Shown: positions 37,204-45,780 of the stretch, piece after piece | Layout: the number at the start of each line of letters is the position of its first letter | How positions within the stretch are numbered: position 1 is the first letter of the stretch | Notes under the pieces: model-generated | What the model saw: only the letters and a program-made list of their open reading frames with translations | What the model was told of the DNA's origin: nothing | Databases searched by the model: none | Program-made: the position numbers and the translations under genes | Assembly: GCA_017962445.1 (NCBI GenBank) | Contig: JAGCVI010000021.1 | Span: 3,751 to 67,750, forward strand | Direction: 5' to 3' | Source of the DNA: Bacteroidales bacterium | Lineage (GTDB): Bacteria > Bacteroidota > Bacteroidia > Bacteroidales > P3 | DNA length: 64,000 bases

Positions 37204-40200
37204 CTACACAACGCACCAATCCATGGGCCGGTCTGGCATCGTATCAGGACCCCGCAACAGCCGATATCAAGTTGAAGTTCTGTGGTCGCGACAACGAGAG
37301 CTACGATGTTGCACGGCTAATTGACGATAATATCTGCGTCACCCTCTATGGCAAGAGCGGCACTGGCAAGACCTCGCTGCTCAACGCAGGTGTATTTCCG
37401 CGTCTACGTCGCCAGCAGTATCTGCCGGTCGCCATACGTCTTGCAATGGATGCCCGCGAGTGTGGCTTCCAACACTGCGTCATAGAACTTGTGTTGAAAG
37501 CTGCCGCCGCTGCCGCGGCTACGGTGCAGACGGTTGATGTGGTTCCGATGCCTGCCGACGAGAAGACCGATGACTATCTGTGGCATTTTTTCGCCCGCAG
37601 CCGCTTTGTCGGCGCCGATGGACAAGTGCTGTTCCCCGTGATGGTCTTCGACCAGTTCGAGGAGGTGTTCCGTGGCCGCCGTGACGAGGCCGAAGTGCTG
37701 CTGCGGCAAATCCATTTCATGATGGACGAGAGCCATACGCTCGCCGACCGTATGGTCGACGGGCAGCCCTACAGCTATGACTTCAATTTCCGCTTTGTGT
37801 TGTCGCTTCGTGAGGACGATCTCTACCGCCTTGAAGACTGCATCGACAACTGCTACCTGCCAGAAATGAAGCGTTGCCGCTACCGTTTGCGAAGCCTTTC
37901 GGAGAGCGCCGCACGTGATGTGGTGTTGATCCCTGGCGAGGGGCTGTTTTGGTCCGGTGAACAGGAAACTGTTGCAAAGACCATTGTCGACACCGCACGC
38001 AACAAAGAGGAGCACACTATAAGCACAAACATATTGTCGCTCATCTGCAGCCGCATCTTTGTCGAATGGCAAAAGAGTGGGGCAGAGTTCATACAGCCAT
38101 CGTTGGTGGAAGGGTTTGTCAAGGGCAACCCCTTTGAACGATTCTACGACGAGGCTACGCGAGGCTTCTCGAATCGAGAGAAGACCTATATTGAAGAGCA
38201 TTTTGTCGACAGCGATGGTCGTCGCAACTCTGTTCCCGAAAAAGACTTGCAGCATAACATATCAAACTGGAAACGCCTACTCGAGGGCGACAACCGCATA
38301 CTACAACGCATATCGTCATCAGCCGACAGCAGCAGCTACCGTGTTGAGTTGTTGCACGACTCGTTTTGCAAGCCACTGCTCGGACAAAAAGAAAAACGTG
38401 CAAAACGCAGACGGTTGAAATGGCTGGCGCTATGTTTGGCGTTGCTTGCCGTGTGCTTTGGAATTGCAGTGCTGATAGTTTACTTGAACAATAGGAACAG
38501 GCTAAATGAAGCAACTATTTCGCAGCATGAAAGTACCATCGCGGAGCAGAACAAACAACTTGCGGAGCAGAACAAACAGCTTTTGTCAGAAAGTGACTCT
38601 TTAAAAAGTGCTTTTTTACTTGTCGACAAAACCAACAGATTGTTGTTGGATCGAGAACGTGAATTGTTGGCTACAAACGAAGGCTTATTGGTTGGACAGT
38701 CAAAAATTATTGCAGGACATGCTGTAAGAATTGCAGATGAGGGTGATTCCTATATGGCTCGTTTGCTTGCGTTGGAATCTTTAAAGCGAGCCTATACCTC
38801 TGAAGCGGAAAGCGCACTTCGCAATGCTTGCAATCACAACACGGCAATTCTGAAAGGACATACTTCTTCTGTGAACTCCGCTTCTTTTAGCTACGACGGC
38901 AAACGCATTGTATCGGCATCGTCGGACGGCACAATCCGTATTTGGGATGCCGCAACCGGTCGCTGTTTAAGAACATTGAAAGGACATTTCAATTATGTGT
39001 TTTCCGCCGCTTTCAGTCCTGATGACAAACGTATTGTCTCGGCATCAGATGACAATAACGTCCGCATCTGGGATGCCGCCACCGGTCGCTGCATAGATAC
39101 CTTGAAAGGACATACTAGATGGGTGATGTCCACCGCCTTCAGTCCCGACGGCAAACGCATAGTCTCGGCATCAAAGGACAAGACCATCCGCATCTGGGAT
39201 GCCGCCACCGGTCGTTGTATTGATACGTTGAGAGGAAATACCAGAGATGTTAACTATGCTGCTTTCAGTCCCGACGGCACACGCATAGTTTCGGCATCGT
39301 CCCACAACATCAACATCTGGGATGCCGCTACAGGTCGCTGTATAGACACGTTGAAAGGGCATACCAATATTGTGAACTCCGCAGTCTATAGTCACGACGG
39401 CACACTCATAGTTTCGGCATCGTTTGACGGTACCGTTCGCATCTGGGATGCTGCCACTGGTCGTTGCATAGATACGTTGAAAGGGCATACCTATATTGTA
39501 GGATCTGCCGTCTTCAGTCGCGACGACACACGCATAGTTTCAGCATCTGGGGGGAAGGACAATACCATCCGCATCTGGGATGCCGCCACCGGTCGCTGCA
39601 TTGAAACGCTGAGAGGACATACCGGAAGTTTTAACTCTGCTGCTTTCAGTCCCGACGGCACACGTATAGTTTCGGTATCGGGGGAGAGTGACAATACCAT
39701 CCGTATTTGGGATGCTGTCACTTTCAGTTACTGCAAGAATACGTTAAAACATTATAATCCGTATTCTGCTGTTTTCAGTCGCGACGGCACACGCATAGTT
39801 TCGGCATCGGGGGGGGATAACACCATCCGCATCTGGAATGCAACCACTGGTCGCTGCATAGATACATTGAAAGGGCACGCAAATACTGTTTATTCCGCTA
39901 CATTCAGTCCCGACGGCAAACGCATAGTTTCGGCATCGGGAGACAGAACCATCCGCATCTGGAATGCAACCACTGGTCGCTGCATACGAACATTGAAAGG
40001 ACATACACGGGGAGTTATATATGCTTCTTTTAGTCCTGACGGCAAACGCATAGTCTCGGCATCGAGTGATCGTACTGTTCGCATTTGGGATGTCGCTACC
40101 GACCGTTGCATAGATACATTGGAAGGACATACCAATGGCGTGAACTTCGCTGCCTATAGTCCCGACAATAAACACATAGTTTCGGCATCGAATGACGGCA

Positions 40201-40694
40201 CTGTCCGCATTTGGGATGTCGCTACCGGCCGTTGCATAGATACATTGGAAGGACATAATAATACCGTACACTCCGCTGCCTATAGTCCCGACAATAAACG
40301 CATAGTCTCGGCATCGTGTGACAATACAGTTCGCATCTGGGATGCCGTTACCGGTCGCTGTATACGGACATTAGAAGGGCATACAAATTGGGTGTATTCC
40401 GCCTTTTTTAGTTATGACGGCAAACACATAGTTTCGGCATCGTGGGACAAAACCATCCGTATCTGGGATGCCGCCACTGGTTGCTGCATACAGACATTGA
40501 AAGGACATACATGGAGAGTAAAATCCGCCGCTTTCAGTCGCGATGGCAAACGCATAGTCTCGACATCGGAAGACGGAACTGTTCGTATTTGGAATTTTCC
40601 GCGACTTGCGGATTTGATAAAGCTGACTTGCGATCGCTTCGAGGACAGACCCTTGACACCCGAAGAACGCAGAACCTACTATATAGACAATTGA
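37200..40694 (+). CDS. STAND-type P-loop NTPase - single TM helix - coiled coil - 14x WD40 repeat protein
   Basis: ATGA overlap with the TIR gene. N-terminal WAGLASYQD...FCGRDNE...LYGKSGTGKTSLLNAGVFPRL (Walker A) and VMVFDQFEEVF (Walker B) are typical of WD40/TPR-fused STAND NTPases. TM helix is WLALCLALLAVCFGIAVLIVYL. Carries 14 GH...WD units. Confidence 0.85.
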   Translation: MTTQRTNPWAGLASYQDPATADIKLKFCGRDNESYDVARLIDDNICVTLYGKSGTGKTSLLNAGVFPRLRRQQYLPVAIRLAMDARECGFQHCVIELVLKAAAAAAATVQTVDVVPMPADEKTDDYLWHFFARSRFVGADGQVLFPVMVFDQFEEVFRGRRDEAEVLLRQIHFMMDESHTLADRMVDGQPYSYDFNFRFVLSLREDDLYRLEDCIDNCYLPEMKRCRYRLRSLSESAARDVVLIPGEGLFWSGEQETVAKTIVDTARNKEEHTISTNILSLICSRIFVEWQKSGAEFIQPSLVEGFVKGNPFERFYDEATRGFSNREKTYIEEHFVDSDGRRNSVPEKDLQHNISNWKRLLEGDNRILQRISSSADSSSYRVELLHDSFCKPLLGQKEKRAKRRRLKWLALCLALLAVCFGIAVLIVYLNNRNRLNEATISQHESTIAEQNKQLAEQNKQLLSESDSLKSAFLLVDKTNRLLLDRERELLATNEGLLVGQSKIIAGHAVRIADEGDSYMARLLALESLKRAYTSEAESALRNACNHNTAILKGHTSSVNSASFSYDGKRIVSASSDGTIRIWDAATGRCLRTLKGHFNYVFSAAFSPDDKRIVSASDDNNVRIWDAATGRCIDTLKGHTRWVMSTAFSPDGKRIVSASKDKTIRIWDAATGRCIDTLRGNTRDVNYAAFSPDGTRIVSASSHNINIWDAATGRCIDTLKGHTNIVNSAVYSHDGTLIVSASFDGTVRIWDAATGRCIDTLKGHTYIVGSAVFSRDDTRIVSASGGKDNTIRIWDAATGRCIETLRGHTGSFNSAAFSPDGTRIVSVSGESDNTIRIWDAVTFSYCKNTLKHYNPYSAVFSRDGTRIVSASGGDNTIRIWNATTGRCIDTLKGHANTVYSATFSPDGKRIVSASGDRTIRIWNATTGRCIRTLKGHTRGVIYASFSPDGKRIVSASSDRTVRIWDVATDRCIDTLEGHTNGVNFAAYSPDNKHIVSASNDGTVRIWDVATGRCIDTLEGHNNTVHSAAYSPDNKRIVSASCDNTVRIWDAVTGRCIRTLEGHTNWVYSAFFSYDGKHIVSASWDKTIRIWDAATGCCIQTLKGHTWRVKSAAFSRDGKRIVSTSEDGTVRIWNFPRLADLIKLTCDRFEDRPLTPEERRTYYIDN
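38850..40597 (+). repeat. 14 tandem coding repeats of about 126 bp (WD40 units) with high nucleotide identity
   Basis: Recurring LKGHTxxVxSAxFSPDGKRIVSASxDxTIRIWDAATGRCIDT. Strings such as cgcatagtttcggcatcg and atccgcatctgggatgccgc recur many times. Confidence 0.9.
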
Positions 40695-40782
40695 CAATTG
40701 ATTAACAATAGAGAAATCGACACGCAAAATAAAAAAAATCACATAAATAAAAATATTTTTTGCCTACGTCGCAAAAAGTTCG

Positions 40783-40790
40783 TACCTTTG
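40783..40790 (+). promoter_or_regulatory. Bacteroidota-type -7 promoter box (TAnnTTTG)
   Basis: TACCTTTG lies 40 nt before the iorA ATG. Confidence 0.5.
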
Positions 40791-40830
40791 CAAAATTGAA
40801 TTCATTAATTAATAACTAAATATAAACGAC

Positions 40831-42417
40831 ATGTCAAAAATGCTTTTGCTGGGCGATGAAGCTATCGCTCAAGCTTTTATAGACGCTGGCGGTAGTGCCA
40901 TCAACAGCTACCCCGGAACCCCCTCGACTCAGATTACGGAGTATGTGATTAAATCTAAGGAAGCCAAGGAAAAAGGCATCGTCGCCAACTGGTGCGCCAA
41001 CGAAAAGACGGCTCTCGAAGCCTCCATCGGCGTGGCCTATGCAGGCAAGCGCGCAATGACTTGCATGAAGCACGTGGGTCTTAACGTCTGCGGTGACCCC
41101 TTCATGAACGCTGCCATCATCGGTACAAAGGGTGTTATCATCGTTGTCGCCGACGACCCCTCAATGTTCTCCAGCCAGGACGAACAGGACAGCCGCTACT
41201 ATGGTCATTGGGCAATGATTCCCATGCTTGAACCAAGCAACCAGCAGGAGGCTTATGATATGGTCTTTTTTGGCTATGAACTGAGCGAGAAATTGGGCAC
41301 CCCCATACTTTACAGAATCCCCACCCGTCTGGCACACAGCCGCGCTGGTGTTGAGCGTAAGCCCGCCCTGCCGCAGAACCCGCTGACGAGCCCATCAGAC
41401 CCGAAGAGCTTCGTTCTGCTGCCGGTGAACGCAAAGCGTCTCTATCGTGACCTTATCGAAAAACAGCCTGCTTTCACCAAATCTTCTGAGGAGAGTGGCT
41501 TCAATCAGTATATCCCCGGCACTGATAAGAGCCGCGGTATCATCACCACGGGTATTGCTTTCAACTATTTGCAGGAGAACTTCCCCGGTGGCAAATGCCC
41601 CTATCCTGTTGTGAAGATTACCCAGTATCCGCTGCCGTTCAATATGCTCAACAAACTCTATGACGAAGTTGACGAAATCCTCGTCCTCGAGGATGGCCAG
41701 CCTTTCGTAGAGGAGCATATCAAGGGCTTCTTGGGCAAAGGCAAGCCCGTTCACGGCCGTCTTGACGAGACCATCCGTCGCGATGGCGAGCTCAACGCCG
41801 AAAAAGTTGCCAAGGCTCTTGGAATGGAAATTCCTAATGGCCCCGCTGTTCCCGATGTAGTTACAAACCGTCCTCCGGCTCTCTGTGTCGGCTGCCCGCA
41901 TATCGACAGCTACGAGGCTGTTGTCGAGGTTATGAAGAAATACCCCAATGGCCGCGTATTCGGCGACATCGGATGCTATACCCTCGGCTTCAACATGGGT
42001 GCTATCAACACCACCGTCTGCATGGGTGCTTCGGTCACTATGGCCAAGGGTGCCTCTGAAATGGGTGTGTTCCCTGCCATCGGTGTTATCGGTGACGGTA
42101 CCTTCGGTCATAGCGGCATGACTGGCCTCCTCGACTGCGTCAACGAAAAGGCTAACGTCATTATCATGATTCTCGACAACGACATTACGGCTATGACCGG
42201 TGGTCAGCCCTCGAGCGCAAACCAGAAGCTCTTCAATATCTGCAAGGGCCTCGGTGTCGACCCCGACCACATCCGTACTATCGTTCCCCTCAAGAAGAAC
42301 CACGACGAGTTCGTCAAGATTCTTGAAGAGGAAATCGCATACAACGGCGTCAGCGTCATCATCCCGCAGCGCGTCTGCATCGTCGAGAACAAAAAACGTA
42401 TTGCAGCGAATAAATAA
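40831..42417 (+). CDS. iorA: indolepyruvate ferredoxin oxidoreductase subunit alpha
   Basis: 528 aa with a TPP-enzyme pattern (GDIGCYTLG, GDGTFGHSG) and an internal CVGCPH Cys motif. Paired with iorB. Confidence 0.85.
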   Translation: MSKMLLLGDEAIAQAFIDAGGSAINSYPGTPSTQITEYVIKSKEAKEKGIVANWCANEKTALEASIGVAYAGKRAMTCMKHVGLNVCGDPFMNAAIIGTKGVIIVVADDPSMFSSQDEQDSRYYGHWAMIPMLEPSNQQEAYDMVFFGYELSEKLGTPILYRIPTRLAHSRAGVERKPALPQNPLTSPSDPKSFVLLPVNAKRLYRDLIEKQPAFTKSSEESGFNQYIPGTDKSRGIITTGIAFNYLQENFPGGKCPYPVVKITQYPLPFNMLNKLYDEVDEILVLEDGQPFVEEHIKGFLGKGKPVHGRLDETIRRDGELNAEKVAKALGMEIPNGPAVPDVVTNRPPALCVGCPHIDSYEAVVEVMKKYPNGRVFGDIGCYTLGFNMGAINTTVCMGASVTMAKGASEMGVFPAIGVIGDGTFGHSGMTGLLDCVNEKANVIIMILDNDITAMTGGQPSSANQKLFNICKGLGVDPDHIRTIVPLKKNHDEFVKILEEEIAYNGVSVIIPQRVCIVENKKRIAANK

Positions 42418-42420
42418 TTT

Positions 42421-42465
42421 GTCAGACCCGTCCGACTAGTCTGACTAGTCCGACCTGTCGGACAC
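42421..42465. repeat. degenerate 9-bp tandem array (GTCYGACnn units) in the iorA-iorB gap
   Basis: Reads gtcagaccc gtccgacta gtctgacta gtccgacct gtcggacac. Self-complementary pieces include gactagtc, and gtccgac-ct-gtcggac. Confidence 0.7.
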
Positions 42466-42479
42466 AATAACAGAAAACA

Positions 42480-43043
42480 ATGAAAAAAGACATCATACTT
42501 TGTGGCGTAGGCGGTGACGGTATCGTCTCCGTAGCCAAGATAATCAGCGACGCAGCCCTCAATCTGGGTATGAACGTCAAGCAAAGTGAAATCCACGGTA
42601 TGTCGCAGCGCGGCGGTTCGGTCTTCAGCCATCTTCGCGTTAGTAGCGACCCCATCTTCGCCGACGTGATCCCCGAAGGCAAGGCCGACATCATCCTCAG
42701 CTCTGAGCCAATGGAAGCTCTCCGCTATCTGCCTTTCCTCGCCCCCGACGGCGTGGTCATCACCAACAGCGACCCCTTCGTCAACATCACCAACTATCCT
42801 GATATGGAGAAGGTGAACGCTGAGTTGGCCAAGCTGCCCAAATGCGTAAGCTTCAATGCCAATGCCATCGCCAAGGAACTCAATGCCCGTGGCAATATGG
42901 TGCTTCTCGGTGCTGCAGCTCCCTATCTCGAGATTGCTTTCGAGGAACTGGAGAAGGCTATCAAAGCTATCTTCGGCCGCAAGGGCGACGCTGTCGTCGA
43001 GACCAACATCAAGGCTATCCGCGCTGGTCGCGATGCTAAGTAA
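42480..43043 (+). CDS. iorB: indolepyruvate oxidoreductase subunit beta
   Basis: 187 aa. Pyruvate/ketoisovalerate oxidoreductase gamma-type N-terminus reads ILCGVGGDGIVS. Confidence 0.85.
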   Translation: MKKDIILCGVGGDGIVSVAKIISDAALNLGMNVKQSEIHGMSQRGGSVFSHLRVSSDPIFADVIPEGKADIILSSEPMEALRYLPFLAPDGVVITNSDPFVNITNYPDMEKVNAELAKLPKCVSFNANAIAKELNARGNMVLLGAAAPYLEIAFEELEKAIKAIFGRKGDAVVETNIKAIRAGRDAK

Positions 43044-43068
43044 AGATTAGCATTTTCTAATAAAACAT

Positions 43069-43109
43069 CAGGGTCGCGGAGCATTCGCTCCGCGACCCTG
43101 TCATTTTTT
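43069..43109 (+). terminator. rho-independent terminator after iorB
   Basis: 14-bp stem cagggtcgcggagc / gctccgcgaccctg with a 4-nt loop, followed by tcATTTTTT. Confidence 0.85.
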
Positions 43110-43137
43110 GTATGCCAATCGCTAATTTGTCCTGATA

Positions 43138-44022
43138 TTACTCCCCTTTTTTCGCAATTATCATTCTCTCTTTCCCTTTGAAATCATTCTGTATTTCTGT
43201 TTCAAAGCCTTCCTCTTTGAAGATTTGCGCTGTCTCCTGGCCGAATCTTTCGTTTATCTCCACCACAACCATTCCGCCTGTGGCAAGATTCTGTCTGGCT
43301 TCTCGGGCAATCGCTTTGTAGAATCTCAACGGCTCCTCGTCAGGAACAAACAAAGCCATGTCGGGTTCCCAGTCCAGCACGTTTTTCTGCATATTCTTGC
43401 GTTCACTTTCTGTTACGTAAGGTGGATTGCTGATAATCAAATCAAAAGGGTGGGGGAGTTCCATCCCACGGCCTGAAAGCACATCCATTCTTCGCCAATC
43501 AATCTCCACACCGTTTGCCGTGCCGTTTTCCCTTGCTTTCTCCAATGCCTTCTCTGAAATGTCAATCGCTGTGACTTCCGCTTCAGCCCATTGCTTGGCC
43601 AGTGCTATGGCTATGCATCCGCTTCCGGTGCAGATGTCCAGCACTCGCTTAGGCCTTTTCTCTGAAAGTATGCTGATGGTGCGTTGAACGATCTCTTCGG
43701 TCTCGGGTCTCGGTATCAGCGTGCTTTCGTCAACGGCGATGCGACAGCCACAGAACTCTGTCCATCCGATAATTTGTTGAATAGGCCTGTATCTTTTCAG
43801 CTCCTCCACTGCCCAGTGGAACCGCAGCAGGTCCGACTGGTTCACCGTCTCCTCTTTGGAAGTCAACAACCGTACTTGGTCCCATCCCAGGAAGCCTTCA
43901 AACAGTATCCTTGTCATCATCCTCACCTCGCCGTCAGGGTACAGCCCACCAAGTTCACGGCAGATGTATCTTTCAATGTCGCGAACCTTGTTTGAGGGTA
44001 TCTTCATGTCGGTTGTATTCAT
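43138..44022 (-). CDS. prmC: peptide chain release factor N5-glutamine methyltransferase
   Basis: Has VLDICTGSGCIA SAM motif and NPPYV. Start placed at MNTTDMK, because the longer ORF would overlap rnhA. Confidence 0.8.
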   Translation of the reverse strand: MNTTDMKIPSNKVRDIERYICRELGGLYPDGEVRMMTRILFEGFLGWDQVRLLTSKEETVNQSDLLRFHWAVEELKRYRPIQQIIGWTEFCGCRIAVDESTLIPRPETEEIVQRTISILSEKRPKRVLDICTGSGCIAIALAKQWAEAEVTAIDISEKALEKARENGTANGVEIDWRRMDVLSGRGMELPHPFDLIISNPPYVTESERKNMQKNVLDWEPDMALFVPDEEPLRFYKAIAREARQNLATGGMVVVEINERFGQETAQIFKEEGFETEIQNDFKGKERMIIAKKGE

Positions 44023-44035
44023 GCTGCAGAGATTT

Positions 44036-44704
44036 TTACTTCCTTCCAAAGTCTGCCGGTATCTCGCCCCAACGTTCAGTGTCCCATTTAAGTATCTGTG
44101 TCGTGTAACTGTTGTTGTGCAGCCATGCCTCGGCACGCCGTATCACTTCGTACAGCTTTGCCGTTTCCTCTGTCAATGCCAGTTTTGTGCGGCATTGTTT
44201 GGCCTTTACCCAGTTGATAGCGTTCACTGAGTCTGAATAAATAGGCTGACTCAGATTGTTTTTTTTAAGGTAAGCCAGCCCATGGACGATGGCCAAAAAC
44301 TCGCCTATGTTGTTCGTTCCTACTGACGATTTGTAGTGAAACAACTGTGTGCGACTTGCCACATACACGCCTTGGTATTCCATCACCCCGGGATTGCCGC
44401 TACAGGCCGCGTCGACGGCTATGGCGTCAAGCTCCGGTGCTGCGCCTTCAGCATTTTGACGCACCACGGTCATCCCCTCGTCGTCGACAGTCAGAATCGA
44501 CTCTCCTTTTGTCTGCTTCTCCACAACCGATGCAGCCAGTTCCGGCCCTACACGGAAGGCCTGTTCAGCCAGCGTGAGACTCTCATACGATTTGTATTTA
44601 GCACCCGTAACTCCTTTTATCTGCTTTTCGCACTCTGCCCACGAATCGTATATGCCAGGCTGGTTGCCTTGCCACACAACATAGTATTTCTGTTTCTTAG
44701 CCAT
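44036..44704 (-). CDS. rnhA: ribonuclease H1 with N-terminal hybrid-binding (viroplasmin-like) domain
   Basis: N-terminus reads KYYVVWQGNQPGIYDSWAECEKQIKG..AKYKSY. RNase H core reads VDAACSGNPG, NNIGEFLA, IYSDS. Confidence 0.8.
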   Translation of the reverse strand: MAKKQKYYVVWQGNQPGIYDSWAECEKQIKGVTGAKYKSYESLTLAEQAFRVGPELAASVVEKQTKGESILTVDDEGMTVVRQNAEGAAPELDAIAVDAACSGNPGVMEYQGVYVASRTQLFHYKSSVGTNNIGEFLAIVHGLAYLKKNNLSQPIYSDSVNAINWVKAKQCRTKLALTEETAKLYEVIRRAEAWLHNNSYTTQILKWDTERWGEIPADFGRK

Positions 44705-44772
44705 GTCAAATCAGAAAAAAGAGCGGTTGCATATTCACACAACCGCTCTTCTCTTTTTTATCAATTTGAGAT

Positions 44773-45762
44773 TTATGCTCCAAGTTCAAGTCTCTTGAAA
44801 CCTGTACATTTCAACTCTTTGTCGGTGCGGGCGATGAAGTCCTTAACGCTGACTTTGCTCTCCATGATATACTCCTGGTTCATCAGGGTGTTCTCCTGGA
44901 AGAACTTGTTCAAGCGGCCTTTTGCAATTCCTTCAATCTTGCCTTCAGGGAGGGAAGCGGCGGTTTCAGCACCAACCTTCTCCTTGATTTCACGGGCTTG
45001 GTTAGCCTGCTCTTCGGTAATCCAACCCTTGGCCATGTTCGAGTTGATGTGATCCTCGCTGTCAACGTGGGCGGGGTTGATACCGGCTTTCTTCAAAGCG
45101 GCGTCAACGGCCTTGCCGACAAGTTCCTCTTTGGTCTTCTCGCGGTATACGTTCAGCTCGCCGTCGATGACGCTCTGAGGAACGCTCTGCTCGTCGAGAG
45201 CCACGGGACGCATAGCCACAACCTGCATTGCAACGTTGTGTCCAACCTCGTCATAACCAGCCTTGTTCATTCCTACGATGCTGGCCATGCGGTTGCCCGG
45301 GTGTATGTAGGCGTAGACGGCCTCAGCCTCGATAGCCTCGAAATGAGCGAGTTCGATTTTCTCGCCGATCTTGGCAATCTGGTCGGTGATGCTGTCGCTA
45401 ACCTTGCGGCCGTTCAGATCCATATCCATAACCTCATCCTTGGTCATAAGGTGTTTGGCCATAGCGCTGTCGATAATGCTGGTGGTGAAAGCCACAAAGT
45501 CAGCATTCGTTGCCACGAAGTCGGTCTCGCAGCTCAGCATGATGATGGCACCGTATTTGCCAGTGCTCTTTGCAAGCACGCAGCCTTCATTGGCGTCGCG
45601 GTCGGCACGCTTGGCGGCCATCTTCTGGCCTTTCTGGCGCAGCAGCTCAATGGCTTTCTGCACGTCACCGTCGCATTCAACCAATGCTTTCTTGCAGTCC
45701 ATCATTCCCACGCCGGTAAGTTGGCGCAGTTCGTTTACCTGTTTTGCAGTGATAGTTGCCAT
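44773..45762 (-). CDS. tsf: translation elongation factor Ts
   Basis: N-terminus reads ITAKQVNELRQLTGVGMMDCKKAL. Downstream of rpsB. Confidence 0.9.
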   Translation of the reverse strand: MATITAKQVNELRQLTGVGMMDCKKALVECDGDVQKAIELLRQKGQKMAAKRADRDANEGCVLAKSTGKYGAIIMLSCETDFVATNADFVAFTTSIIDSAMAKHLMTKDEVMDMDLNGRKVSDSITDQIAKIGEKIELAHFEAIEAEAVYAYIHPGNRMASIVGMNKAGYDEVGHNVAMQVVAMRPVALDEQSVPQSVIDGELNVYREKTKEELVGKAVDAALKKAGINPAHVDSEDHINSNMAKGWITEEQANQAREIKEKVGAETAASLPEGKIEGIAKGRLNKFFQENTLMNQEYIMESKVSVKDFIARTDKELKCTGFKRLELGA

Positions 45763-45780
45763 AGTTCAAACTCCTTGTGA

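Noticed and set aside
38850-40597. Regular DNA repeats of about 126 bp that could be mistaken for a CRISPR or satellite array, and the many minus-strand ORFs within them (38993-40742)
   Set aside because: The repeats are in frame and encode canonical WD40 units of one long ORF. There are no unique spacers between them, the period is far larger than a CRISPR repeat, and no cas genes are present. The antisense ORFs simply inherit the periodicity.
41395-42303. 302-aa minus-strand ORF
   Set aside because: It is antisense to iorA, which has TPP-binding motifs in the plus frame.
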